This document shows, one piece after another, positions 31,521 to 44,765 of a stretch of 64,000 nucleotides of DNA. The position numbers and the translations under genes are program-made. Each line of letters starts with the position of its first letter. Within the stretch, counting starts at the first letter, position 1. The notes below the pieces were generated by a model, which saw only the letters and a program-made list of their open reading frames with translations, did not search any database and had not been told where the DNA came from. The stretch is from assembly GCF_009914755.1 (NCBI RefSeq), contig NC_060941.1. The stretch is one strand, 5' to 3'. Source of the DNA: the human T2T-CHM13v2.0 reference genome, Homo sapiens.

Positions 31521-34444
31521 TAGCCATCAGTTGACAGGATCACCAAATCCCAAATCTCCATTTCCTGTTGTTCCTGGCATGCTGTTTTAGGACAGTCCTG
31601 AACTGGACTTGCAGTCTATAGAAGACACACGCTTGGGTGTTCCTTGAATGACGGGGCTGATGGAGATAAAGCTGCCATTCAGATGCAGGTGGACTCTGAA
31701 CTCTGCGAGGAAAGAGATGCTCTCTGCAGCTGGGGACAGTGCTGCTCTCCCAGGCCAAGCACGTCTCCCAGGCATCTGATGGGTCAGTGCGCAGTTAATG
31801 AGTGTGTTGACTGCACAGACACTGCGTGCAGCTCTGGGGATGAAAAGATGCGTAAGACAAAGGGGCCAGGGGTTGAAGGATGAGGGTGTGCTGGTGGGTG
31901 ACGGGGAGCGGGCGTGAGCAGGTCGGATAGCCTGCTGTTTGCTTTCTGGTGGGGAAGCACGCTCTCCACTGATGGGGGACACCATATGGGGCTGGGGACC
32001 TAGAGGAACACATTATAGCCCATCCAGCACAGCCTCCAGGGAGAGGACCCCGCAAAGCCCCAGGATGTCTACCCAGCCCACGCATGTGGCCTTACCTACA
32101 GCCTGGGTTGCTCCCTCAGCTGGAGAGGCTACCTTGTGTGGCCAGAACCACTCAGTCAATGTGAGGCTGACTCCTGGTGCCCAGGGAGTGGCTGGGCAGG
32201 AGCCACCCAGCTGCAGTGCTTGGGCAGCAGTCAGCCCAAGGCTCAGAAAGGCAGCATCCAAGCAAAGGGCAGGATGCTCCCTGGGCCAGTCTTGGACACA
32301 TTAACTAGAGTTGGTGGGGGAGGCTTGTCTCTTGGTATTTATTGGGCCCCCAATAAAGCCTCTCTACCCTCAACACTTTAGTTTCTGCTCTGGATGTGCG
32401 CACACACACACACACACACTCTCTCATGCACATGCACACGGTATTTCTGGGGAAAATCTTAACTCCTTGCTCTTTTCAACTCCTTTAAAAAAATCACTTT
32501 GGCTTGTTCCAGTTTCATCCTCCTATGAACAAAATATCCACTCCAGCAGAAGTGGGAGGGATGACTGTAACTGTGGGGAAAAAATAGCATCCCCTTTGAT
32601 GTTAAGTAATACAACAAACTCCTAAATGAAAATCCACTAAGAGAAAATGAAATAGAAAGCTGCCTGGGCATCAAAAATTGCAAAATGAAACTGTTAAAGA
32701 ATAAAACTCATTAAATGCCTGTGATAACACTTTATTTTAATAGTACATTTAATTCATACTTAATTCCAATGTGCTCTAGCGCGGCCCTGGCGCTCCCACG
32801 CGAACACCAGATAAATGGATTACGGCAAGCCAGGAGACAATGAGTGCCCACTGAAGCCGGCGCGGCGGCAGGTGAAAAATGCTTTAACGGAATATGTTTC
32901 CCATACATGAATCACCAGCATATTTGATAACACCTTCCACAGAAATAAACCTGAAGGAATATATCTTCCCCACACTGACAATGTAGATTAAATAGTTTTA
33001 CCCCATATTCTATGGGGACGCTGCTATCTGATTTAGAGCTCACAGAATTCACAAGGTAAAGAGGGCAGGGGCAGGCACCTGGCAGGGTCAAGGGGCTATA
33101 GTGTCTGCTGCCCGAGAGGGAAGGGGGCTTGCCAAGAGCACAGCGGCCACACCTCTGGGTGCCCGGTAACCATGGAGATGGCAGCCCTTCTTGGATACCA
33201 CACTCTTGCACCAAAGACGCCATCAGCGTCGTGACCACGCCACGGATGTCCTGCCACTGCACATTTCTGATCTGAAACCAGGAGGGCAGCACACAGGGAT
33301 GCTTCTGCCCACAGGGGACACACCATGCTGCAGCCTGGAGCCCCTGTGCTGAAAGTCACCTTAGGGAAAGCAAGTAGAGCAAGCTTCAAAACCAGCAAGA
33401 CAGAGGCATCAATCAACCCGGTCACTAGGAAAGCTAGCTGCATAGCTGACGAGAAGCAACCCACGATCAGCCTGTGGTCCAAGTCATGCCCAGGCACCGC
33501 ACTAGTCTTTCTGGTAGACGATCAGGCATCTCGGGCACCATCACTGGTAAAGGGGCTGCTTTCTGTATAAAGAACAGCAGAGCCCAGCCAGTGACTCCCT
33601 GACCTGTTCATGCCTGCAGACCGTGGCTGTCTCTATACTAAGCCGTTTCTTTTTCTTTAAAGTGTTTATTTAATTCTAAAGGAATGGGTGGGATCTGGCA
33701 GCTAACGCCTGCTCTAAAAGCGAGCTGTGATTTTATGGTATATTATGCCGGCGCCACGTCTCAATCTATCAAAGTCAGTGTCCCCAGAGCCTGAGAAATC
33801 AAAACATCATGAATAGAGCACCACTTCCCAGCTCCTGCTGTCTGCCGGCGAGAGAGCCAGCCCAACGAGCAGTGCCTTATTGACCCTTCCATCGTGCACA
33901 GTCGATCCCAGCCGCCTCGCCGCCAGCCCAGCATCTGCTCAACTAGAGGAGGATGAATGCAGGGCCCCAGCCCAGCAGAGGCAATGTTTGAGGAGCTGGA
34001 AGGCTTCTGCCTGTGGACACTGGCAGGACTGGGGCACAGCCCAGCAGGACGACCCTTGTCCTTCCTAGCAGATGTTGTGCTGGCCCACCTGGAGCCCCTT
34101 CCGGGGAGCTGCTCTCACCCCAGCTGCTGGGACCCTGGGCAGCTGAAGGCTCTCAGCTGAGTCCCTCCCAGAGTACTGTCCTCAGAGAGAGCCACCTCGC
34201 CCAAGGGCCCTGGGGAGGGTCCACATCCATGACAGGTGGGCAAAGGGGTACAAAGGCCATGCCATTTTGCCTCAAGGTGGGGCAGCTCCAGAGCTACGCA
34301 GAGGTCTGCTGCACCGTGTTGTGACTGCCTCACAGCCTCACACCTCCCTTGCCCAATTCTGCTGCCCTCGCTCCCACATGAGTGCTGACCCCAGGCCTGC
34401 ATGTCACCTTCGCAGAGTCGGCTTCCGGAGGACCCCAGCCTCAG

Positions 34445-34685
34445 ACACCCTCCTTTCCTTCTTCTCTTCCTTCTCCTCGAAGTCCTCCTCCTCTCCCTCC
34501 TCCCCTCCCCTTCTCCCTCCTCCCCTCCTCCTTTTCTTCTTTCATCTCCTCCTCCTCCCCCTCCTCCTCCCTCTCCTCTTCCCCCTTCCCCTCCTCTTCT
34601 TCATTTCCTCTTCCTCCCCCTCCTCCTCCTACTCCTCCTCCACATCCTCCCCTCCAGTCCTCCTCCACCTCAAGTCCCCCGACCT
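34445..34685. repeat. (TCC)n/CT-rich polypyrimidine tract
   Basis: About 240 bp of nearly pure C/T. Confidence 0.95.
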
Positions 34686-37679
34686 TCTCCCACTGCTTGA
34701 TCCTTCTTCAAAACGCAAATCACATTGGCCAGATTCATGCATGTATCACCCAGCAGTTAGCGATGAGCACTCATGAGCTCTGGGCTACAGGTGTCAGGAG
34801 AGACCGAGACAAGAGAAGACACACAGTAAGAAGAGTCCGCTTTCCCTGGTTTTAAGGTTTAGATTGCAAAAGTCAGATTTACTCCCAGCCAGTAACTTGA
34901 AAATATTTCCCCAGCCACCTACTACGGGATGCAGCAGAGGAGAAAATGGCACTACCATCCACCCCTCCGGGGAGGACAGGCAAAGGGAGCCACGGCCAGT
35001 GGGTGTCATGGTGGGCCGGACAGGCAGCTCTTTTGGGGGGTCTCTGTGGCAGCCAAGGTATGTGACAGAGGAGGAATCAGAGCCCGCCTGGCCCCCCAGG
35101 AAGGCTGCTCACCTGAAGGCAGACACTGTGGACAATCCACCGACAATCGTTCACTATGAATGGGTTTCTCCTGCCTCCGAATGTCTGGGACATCCCGGCA
35201 TGACTCTGTGTGCATTCAGGGCTGGGGAATTAACTTCAGCCAAAGACAAACAACAACCGAGGGTCAGGGACACCTGAAATTCTTACAGGAGATTCTCAGC
35301 ACATGGCAAGGTTAGTCCCAATGGGATTTGCTTTCATTTCCTGCTAATGAGATTAAGAGGCGTGGGGACAGAAGTTCCTGTCCACACCATCCTTTATTAC
35401 GCATTGGCCCTGTCTTTCCTTCCACGGGATCCCACGGGATGGGTTCTCTTACAGAACAACTTTTCCCCTCTCCACAGCCGTGCCCACGTCATTCTGCAGA
35501 AGGGCTGAGCCTTATCTAAAGCAAAGGGAGCTGCAAAGATGAGGGGTCCAGTAGGAGCAGCAGCTGAGGAGAGACCTCCCCCTCCACCAGCCTGGGGCTG
35601 TAGCCAGGCCACACCATCCAGGTGGGGGACCAGGAAGCCAGGATCCTGCGTGCTGTCCTGCATCTGGGTTTCCCAATGTGGCTTCACAATGCTATTTGAA
35701 CTGTGTTCATTTCCAAACCTAGGACGCCCGCATTTGCAGATGGACAAAAATGCCACACTTGGGAGTCAGTCGTGGGTTCCACCGGTTCCCCGCACCTGCT
35801 GCCTTGGTCTCAGTTCCTCTGCAGGACAATTGAGAAGCCCGTGGGTGGGTGACCTCATGTTGCCATGAAAGACACCACTCCCTGGATTGTTACCATCCGA
35901 GAAGGTGCTGGAAGAGCTGACCAGATTCCAAGCAGCAACCAACCCAGAGGTCCTCGCACACCAGCCCGATGCTGGTCCGAGGCCCCACGCTCAGCCTCCC
36001 TCCAGCCAGACACACGGGTGTCCGGGAGGTTGACCCTCAGCCAGGGCTGACACCATTAGGGCCATGGAAATGTCATGATTTCTTTTAAAATGAGAAGAAA
36101 AAATGAACTTTAAGGGCCAACGATGCTTTTGTCTTTGTATCCACACTGTGGCAAAATCTACTTTTCACTATTTTTTGATGGCAGGAGATGGCCCACACAG
36201 GGCCCATGACAGGATGCAGCCATGGGCTTCACGAAGGCAGGAAAAGGCAGATCCCAGTCACTCGCTCACCGCCGCCTGCTATCCAGCCCACGGCCCACCA
36301 CACAAGGAGAGCGAGGAGGGGCTCCAACCACACCAGCTCTGCCACCCCTGGACAGCCTGGGGGCATCTGCTCTGAGCTGTCTCACTGCGCCCAGTGCAGC
36401 TGGTGGGCATCCGGTGGCACTGTGCCACTCTCCAAGCACACGAGCAACGGGCAACTCTGGGTGGGGAGGGGCTGCCCATCAGCCGGGGTTGACCTGTGGC
36501 ACCGGGTGCCAACACCATCTTCCCACCTCCCCAGGCACGGCGCCACCTCCACATCTGTACCCAAAGGCACCGGAGTTTCTACCACAGTCTGCCCCCACTC
36601 CCCGGGGAGGGGCTGATGGGGGCTCACCAGAGGGGTTGCCCTGGACCCTGACCGTGACCCTTGCCGTGACTGCTGGGGGCAAAGGACACGCGTTTCGGAG
36701 GGTTTGCTGTTTTCACCCCCAGAATTCAAATGGCCTTAGCAAGACAGGGCTTGTCTGGGGATCCCCTCGAACACCAGGCATACACAAGGCGCCTCCTCCC
36801 AGGCCTTTCCCTTCCTGCCACCCCAAACTCTGGGTGTGTGTTCTGGGGCATGGTTGGTGTTGCTCTGGTTAGCGTTGAAAGCCGCTCCCCTGCCACCACC
36901 ATCTTGGTCAGTTCTGCCCGCAATGGCCTTGGGAGCCCACGTGTGTCTCCAGGTGATTCTTCACTGCTGTTGCCTCCCCTCTCCCTAGAGGGCCTTTCAG
37001 GTCCTGCAGCTCCTGGTGCCACCCCAGCTCAGGCTCTCTCTGCAGCCTCGGGAAAGATCATCTGCCCGCCCTGATGGATGGAGATTTGGTCAAACATCTG
37101 AGTGTCTATCCCCTGGCCTTGTCCCTCCTGTCCCCTCTTTCCCTCTCAAAGAAGCTCCCACGGAGAGAGAATTCCAGCTACGTCGGTGCAGAGTGGCCTT
37201 GGCTGAGGGTGAGCACTGGGCTGCAGGTGCACATTTCTCCTCTAAGCCCCACCAGACGCCCTTCGTTAGATGGAGTTTGGGATCCCACCAAAGAGAAGGC
37301 TCTTGGCCAGCAAGGGAGTTCACACCTGGGGCCTCGCTGGCTTCCAGCCCTTCCTGATGCTCCCTGCTCTGTGGTGACCAGGTCTTGGTGCCAACCCCAT
37401 CATCACCAGAGCACCTCTCTCACCAGGAGCCAACGCTCACAGAGCCAAGAGGAAAGAAGTCACTGACAGCACTTGGACGTCAGAAAATCTTCCAGATAGA
37501 TTCCCCAAGGAAGCAAAGCTGGAGACACCACTCTGCCCGGGTTGCCACGTGTGCAGCCCTCCCATTCCCAGCAGGGCCAGAGCCCCACCCAGTGCCTGAG
37601 CCCCACCCAGGGCCTCACTTGACACTTGCAGAATGCACTTGCTGCCACCTCAATGCTGTGGCCAAGGTGGACACATCCG

Positions 37680-38130
37680 ACCATGCTCACATGCTCACAT
37701 ACACATGCACACACCCTGATGTGCACAGTCACATACTAACATACACTCACACACGTGCTCACTCACACAGGCACACACACGTACACGTCTCTGGTACACC
37801 CTGAAATGCACACATACACTAACATACATACATGTGTGCTCACTCACACAGGCACACACACGTACACGTCTCTCATACACCCTGACATGCACAGTCACAT
37901 ACACTAACATACATACATATGTGTGCTCACTCACACAGGCACACACATGTACACATCTCTCATACACCCTGAAATGCACGGTCACATACACTAACACATA
38001 CGTGCTCACTAACACACACAGGCCTACGCTCACATACACACGCACATGTCTCATGCATACACCTTGACTTGCAGTCACACTCACTCACACACAAGCTCAC
38101 TCACATATGCACACAGGCACATGCACACAC
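37680..38130. repeat. CA-rich minisatellite, ~80-88-bp unit, ~5 copies
   Basis: Recurrent 'acaccctga..tgcac..cacatacactaacatac..gtgctcactcacacaggcacacac'. Confidence 0.9.
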
Positions 38131-39249
38131 ATGCTTCTCTGGGTCCTTAGTTCCCAGGGCCAAGCACCTTATCTGGAGAAACCAGTGCCCCCATGTGGGG
38201 CCAAGCCAAGAACACCTGGAGCTCCCAGCAGGTGCTTGTGACTGGGAAGGCACCTTTCCTCTCCTCCCCCGGTAGGGGGGGTAGGGAGGGAAGGGGGACA
38301 TGCACGGCAGGGGACTTGGGGAGGCATGCACGGTGGGGTGGCTTCCCAGGCCAGCACGGTGTCCCTCCTCCTGTCTGGGTGTCCCTGGGCCACCTGCTCT
38401 GCACTGGGGCCTGGGACCTCCTTCTCTGCCTTTCTTCACTGAGGGACCATGGCGAGGGGCCACAGTGGCGGCCCTGTTGCCTCCATGGGGCAGATTAACC
38501 CCACTTTGCTCTGCCTGGGCACCTGGGTTTGGAAGGTTCTGGTACGTTCCACTGTGAAATGGGCACATCCGAAGGGCTGTGAATATCTTGCTGCTTTAGA
38601 ACAAATGAGGAAGCTTTGCCCGTGGCCAGATTCCAGAGGAGCCCAGGGCTTCCGTCTTCCTCAGCTGAGTGCCCATGCTCGCCCTCCCCTTTCCTGCTCC
38701 CTGTGGGGGCAAGAGCTCCCTGGCTGCAGAGTGGCCCTTGTTGCTGGGCTCCATAGACCCCATGCAGTCTATCAGGGGCTTTGGCTCCTGAAGGCAGAGC
38801 ACTCCTTGCTGCTCCTGACACCACTCTGTTTAAAGAGAAAATCGAGACGCCCAGAGTGTCCAGCAGTCCCTAGGGTTAGGGGCCACTCGATGAGGAAGGT
38901 CCCACCAACCAAATGTGGTGGGGGGACACGTGTCATCTCCAGGACACCCCCAGCAGCCCTCACGCTCTTTCCTCTTCTCGAAAATGTGGAAACCACGTGT
39001 TAAAGATGGCAGATCCTGCAAGTGGGAGGGACTGGGGCTTGGGGTCACCCTTGGGAGCAGAGCCTCGCCCTGGTCAGCCGTGCCCTGAGGGACCTGGCAT
39101 GGTGAGAAGCGTGTCTCTGCTGTGTCACGACACTGAGATGGGGAGCTGGCTGTCCCCGCAGAAAGCATTGTTCAATTCATACCCAAACCAGGATCAGAGG
39201 ATCGAGGCTCCTAAGCAGGCCAAGGGGAGGTGCAGAGCAACCACAGCCC

Positions 39250-39330
39250 ACAGGCAGGTTCGGGGAGACCCTCCCCGCAGACGCTTCAGTTACAGGCAGG
39301 TTCGAGGAGACCCTCCTCGCAGATGCTTCA
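39250..39330. repeat. 42-bp tandem duplication
   Basis: acaggcaggttcg(g/a)ggagaccctcc(c/t)cgcaga(c/t)gcttca twice. Confidence 0.95.
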
Positions 39331-39504
39331 TTTGGGCCTAGCACAGTGAATGCACCCTCTAAACGCCAGTAACTGCGAGGATGACTGTGGCCACGGCAGC
39401 CCTCAGCAATGCGCTGCCCGGTGCCGTGAGGGCTCCTTCCCCAGGAACAGCCTGCCCCGGACAGCACTGCCTGCCCGCAGGACTCTGTCAGCTGGCTCCC
39501 CAGC

Positions 39505-39760
39505 CTGTCCTATGGCCTCCCCATACTATCCCCCGCAATCCTATGGCTCCCCTGGGTCCTATAGCCCCCCTATACTATAGACCCCCCCTGTCAAATCCCC
39601 CCCATCCTATGTCTCCTCCCAGGTCCTACAGGCCCCACCTCCCCATCCTGTGGATCCCCCTAAGCCCTATGGGCTCCCCCATCCTATGGCTCTCCTCAGT
39701 CTTATGACCCCCCAGTTTTATGTCTCCCCCCTGGACTTATGGGCCAGTCCATGGCTCCAC
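39505..39760. repeat. Degenerate C-rich minisatellite (cctatggctcccc-like)
   Basis: More than 10 recurrences of (c/t)ctat(g/a) followed by C runs. Confidence 0.75.
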
Positions 39761-41124
39761 CTCTGTGTGATGGATGCTCCCAAGGCCAGGCCTGGCCCGG
39801 GCTCCCACCCCTGCGGGTCTTTCTCCATTCTAAATCCCCCCCAGATCCCTGCCAGGATGAACAGCCTAGCTCAGCCCAGTCTCCTGGCTGGAGGCTCTGG
39901 GATGTCAGCTCCCCCATGTTTCCTGGGGACTTCCTCCCCACCCACAGGGGCAGGGCAGGGACAGACGTGTGAGACACACCTGATTAACCCTTCTCATGCT
40001 CCAGAAAAAGGGGAGTCTGGGCAGGGACTGTTGCCCACCTTTGCGTGGGCATCAGGAGGAACCAGCATAGAGGTAGAGCTGTGTGTCCAACTGGCCGCAG
40101 GTGTGCTGGGGGAAGCTGACAGAAAACATGAGTCTGTTCCTGAGATTTTTCTGGTGGAATTGTGTGAAATGAGTCTATAACGCAGAGCAAGACAGGGCAG
40201 AAGGTGGGCGGGGACTGGCAGGAGTCAGGGGCTGATAAGGAACAAGGGCCAGCAATTAGAGCCCAGCCCAGGGTGGATGGGGCCGGCCCACTGGACTTTT
40301 ATCTCACTCCTCGGAAGAGGAAGCTCACGTCGCCTCTCAGCAGGTGGGGCAGAGGCCTGGCCTCCAAAGCTTGCAGAGACAGGGGTGACGGCAGGGGAGC
40401 AGGTTGATTCCAACCCCATTTCCATGTGTTACAAATGCACCGGACTCCCCCAGCTGTGGCCCAGGCCTCAGGTCCATGAACCCCTCCAAGTTCTTCCCTC
40501 TGTCCTCCCCACCCCTACGGCCCCCACACATACATACTCAACTCCAGCTCCTTAAGGGCCTAGTCGACACCTCTCCCCACATTTCCATTTGGAGAAAATG
40601 AAGCTCAGAGAGGGAAGGGGGCTTGCCAAGGACCCAGCCCAACCCTACCAGGCACTCGGGCTGGGCGTGGGAGCATGTCACGTGCTCAGAGCCTCTGATC
40701 ATGAATGGCAGCACCAGCCTGAACCCATCCTGGCTCCATTCAGAACACACCTGAAATCCTTTCTCCAAAGTGCTCTGTGAAATGGGTCAGAGGGGCCAGA
40801 CGGGTGCTTACCTGAACACACATCTGAGCATTTCGCAAACACTCCATCTGAGGACTTGACGCCTGCTGGCCTGAATCTGTCTCGGTGGTTTTACAGCCCA
40901 CACTGGAGGCCCCTGGGGTGCCAGCATCATTTTTATGTGTGAGTTCCACACGGCTGCTTTCTCCTGGACAGAGCTCCCCCTCAACCCCCGAGCAGGAGCC
41001 GGGCCTACCACCTGCCCAGCAAGTCACGGGCCACCCTGGAAGGACACAACCTCCTTCCTCCAGGGCAGGCTGAGCGCAGGGACCAGTTTCCTCCCATCTC
41101 CCTACGGTTTTGTGATGAGTTTTC

Positions 41125-41434
41125 TTTTTTTGTTTTTGTTTTTGTTTTGAGACTGAGTCTCACTCTTGTCGCCCAGGCTGGTGTGCAGTGGCGCGATCTC
41201 GGCTCACTGCAACTTCCGTCTCCAGGGTTCAAGCGATTCTCCTGACTCAGCCTCCTGAGTAGCTGGGATTACAGGGGCCCACCTAATAATTAGCCCAGCT
41301 AATTTTTGGACTTTTAGTAGAGACGGGGTTTCGCCATGTTGGCCAGGCTGGTCTCGCACTCCTGACCTCAGGTGATCCACCTGCCTCGGCCTCCCAAAGT
41401 GCGGCGATTACAGGTGTGAGCCACCTCGCCTGGC
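41125..41434 (-). mobile_element. Alu (AluSq/Sp-like)
   Basis: 'ctcttgtcgccc'; TSD tttgtgatgagttttct. Confidence 0.97.
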
Positions 41435-42630
41435 TTTGTGATGAGTTTTCTAAGCACCTGGTGCAGCTGCTTCCTCTACATGGAGCAGATTCCAGGGAGA
41501 GGAGGGGCTGACGAGGAGAGTGGGCGTGAGAGAAGTAAAGACGAGAAGCCGCAGCTTCCCAGGGCAAGGGACCACCATCTCCCAGAGGGGTTTCCAGGCG
41601 AGGGGGCTGGTGTGTGGGTGGTGGTGCGGGGGCAGGCTGCTCTGTGTCCAGGTAGAACAAGGCTGAGCCTTTCTTCTTTGGAAAGGACCGGCTTTCCATG
41701 CAGAAACAGGATCTGCTAATAGATGAGAATTAAGAAAACCCATTAAGCTAATGAGTTGCTGCTGAAGACTTAGGGCAGCAAATAAAACCTGGAAGGGAGG
41801 GCTTTCAACATTTGCTTTAATTTAAATTGAACCAGAGTGATGAGAAAATGCGAGAGCTGGCTGCGCCCAGGTACACGCAGCGAGGTTGGCACACGCACGG
41901 CACATGTGTACACGCTTGAGGCTCCGTTCGCATGTTTGCGGGCTTTCTCCTTGTTTTCACACGTGTAGGTGTGCCTGGCTTTTAAGAATACTCTATATCA
42001 AAACAGATAACTTAAGGAAAGTGTTTTTGCCTTTAGCAAAAGGGTTATTTTCTGGGAAAGATTTCTGGCAAGACTTCTTTACAGACTGAGCCTCCCCCAG
42101 TGCATTTAAAATATGATTTGATTGAAAGAAACTCTATTTACTCTATTTCCAGGCAACATCCACAGCCCTTGCTCCTCTCAGCCCAGTGGCTTCCTTCTTC
42201 CCAGAGCCCCAAGCTGCGGCTGCTTCCCTCTCTCCCTCCTGCCCCAGCCCTACCCACCTCCCTTCCCCTGCCGCTCCACCAGCCTAAGGGCACCACTCTC
42301 CTCACCTTGCCAGATCCTGGTCCCCTGGGCTCGCCAAGAGCCAGCACACCAGGTCCCTGCCATTGAATGACACCCTGTGTTCCTACAGTAATGTGACATC
42401 CCCGGGAGCAGGAACACGGTCCTCCTAAATCCCGTCATTTGGTCAAGACAAGTTTCCTCCAGGAGATTCCAGAGAAGAGTCAGTGAAGGAAAATCATTTC
42501 CCAGGCAGCTGGTCAACAAGCCTTGATTATGGATCAACCCACGCTGCAGAGACTTGTGGAAGGCTGGATGGGTAAAGAGGGGACAGGGCCCTCCCTCTAA
42601 GAAGCTGCTGGTCCAGTTAGGAAGACAGAA

Positions 42631-42631
<1 letters not shown>

Positions 42632-42687
<56 letters not shown>
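42632..42687. repeat. (AC)28 perfect microsatellite
   Basis: Counted directly. Confidence 0.97.
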
Positions 42688-42689
<2 letters not shown>

Positions 42690-43109
42690 AGCTCTTCAGT
42701 GCTGGGGATGTTGAGGGTGTGTATTTGGGGACTGTTGAGGGTAATCAGGGATAACATACTCTCGGCCCCCAGGGGAGGCCCCAGAAGCAGGGTGAGGTGC
42801 TGGGCTCTGGGGAGGGGGCAGCGTTCTGGGAGAGCTCTCTGCCACCTTGTTGCCATCTCAACTCAGGGTGGGACACACAGGTGTGCAAAAAGTTTCTGGG
42901 GGCTGAGCAGACTCGGGCAAGTGGCTGCAGTGATGGAGGTGGGGTGAGAGGGGATGGAGTTTCCCCCTTGGAGGCCATAAGGGGCACAACTCTGATACCC
43001 AATTCAACCTCACTGCCAGCATGAAACCCCTCCTTTGAAAGGGGCCGCTGAGCCCAGAGGCTGCAGGACACGGCCCCTCACCGTCAGGTCCATGACAAGG
43101 TGAGCCTGC

Positions 43110-43330
43110 CTGCTTCCGGGTGCCTGGGTTCCAATCCTGGCCCTGCCCCACACCAGCTGTGTGGCCTCGGGCAAGTTATTTAGCTTCTTTGTGCTTCAGT
43201 TTCCTTGGCTGTAAAACGGGGAGTGCAGTTGTGCTTCCCTCACAGTGTGGAGCAGGGATTTAGTGAGATTCTGTTTGTAGAATATGAAGATCCATTTCCA
43301 GCACACAGTGAAAGCACAATAAATGTAGAG
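43110..43330 (+). mobile_element. MIR SINE, near full length
   Basis: 'cctgggttccaatcctggc...ctgtgtggcctcgggcaagttattta...cttcagtttcctt..tgtaaaacgggg...caataaatgt'. Confidence 0.9.
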
Positions 43331-44469
43331 ACGATTCTCGTCCTGATCATGCCCAGATGTGGAGTCTGAATGCCCCAGAGCCCAGCCGACCCCCTCCCAG
43401 GCAGCATGGTGGCCCTGTGTCCCCCAAGTCAACACCCCCTCCTTCCTTTCTCCAGCAGCCCCTGGGCGAGGAGACTGCCTTCTCCAGGTTTGTCTCTGTC
43501 CACTGGTCCCAGGGACTCCCAGCCTGGAATCGACTGGTTGGAATGAAATGATTTCCTCCCATTTTTGGCCCCACTTGGAAAGGAGAGAGAAAGTCCGGTC
43601 TCTGTTCCTGAAGCTGCCTTCCCAGCCATGGGTCACAAGCAAAGAGGAGGTGTGGGTGGAGAGGGAAGGTGGGGGTGGCAGGGGCTGGCCAGGCACCCGC
43701 AGGACCCTCTCTCTGCAGATACTGGGGAGACTGGAGCTGCCAACATGAAGAAAGCTGGGCCTCAGGTGGGAACCCCCACCCCAAAACACACACAGCCAAG
43801 TGTTCAGCTGAATTCTTTTTCAAAATATTGTAAGAGAAGTCATATTCCACCGTGAGCAAATTGACTCAATTAAATTACCAGGGCATCCCCGGCCCAGCCC
43901 ACTGCGTGTTTGCTCAGCTCTCAGGAGTGGGAGCTGCTGTCTTGCAGCCAGGGCCGCACGGGGGCTGGAGGAAGAGGAGGGGTGCAGATTCCAGGTCCAG
44001 TGACCATGAGTTGAGGACCTTGTTTTCAGCAGGTGGGGAGGCTCGCAGGGGGATGGGGGTGCTTCTTTCACCTGTTCGCTTTTCTGTCTCTCCACTGTGG
44101 AGACATCGTGAGCACAAGGACAATCTGGTTTCTCAGGGTTCCATTTTCACCTCCCTGGAACCCCGAGATGTGGGAGGTTGGGAAGCCCCCATTCTCTTCT
44201 CCCTTGCTCAGTGCCACCCCAGCCTGGAGCCCGACACCTGCCCTCCCGCCAGTACCTCCTGAGGACCAAGGCTCGCTGCTCCCTCCAGCCTGTTTGCAGG
44301 TTGAGTTTGGGGGTGTTCCATGTTGTTCTTAGAGAAACCGCAGTGGGCAAAACACCCTAGACCAAAATACAAAATATCCCTCCTTCTAGAGACTCCTTTT
44401 CCTAATTAGGCTACTTCTGGGGCATGGCTCTGGCTTTCCACTGCCCAGCTGGTCTTGCATATTTGTCTA

Positions 44470-44765
44470 GACACACAGAGCACACGTGTACACAAAGATA
44501 CACACACACTACACAGACGCACAGAGATGCAGAGATGTGGACCACAGATGCATACAGACATAATTACACAGAGACGCATACAGAGCCCTGCATGGACACG
44601 TGCACACGGAGACACAGGCACTCTTACACACAGACATGCACACCCACTTGTAAACGGAAACACATCCATGTGGAGACACACACACTCATACACAGACATG
44701 CACACCCACCTGTAAACAGAAACACATGCACGTGGGCATGCGCACGCACACACACACACCATGCT
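44470..44765. repeat. CA-rich low-complexity tract
   Basis: cacaga/cacac degenerate repeat. Confidence 0.85.

Noticed and set aside
34267-34855. S/P/L-rich ORFs
   Set aside because: Products of the (TCC)n tract
36188-36872. Overlapping 142-216-aa ORFs
   Set aside because: No recognisable domain; open frames in several phases are expected at high GC
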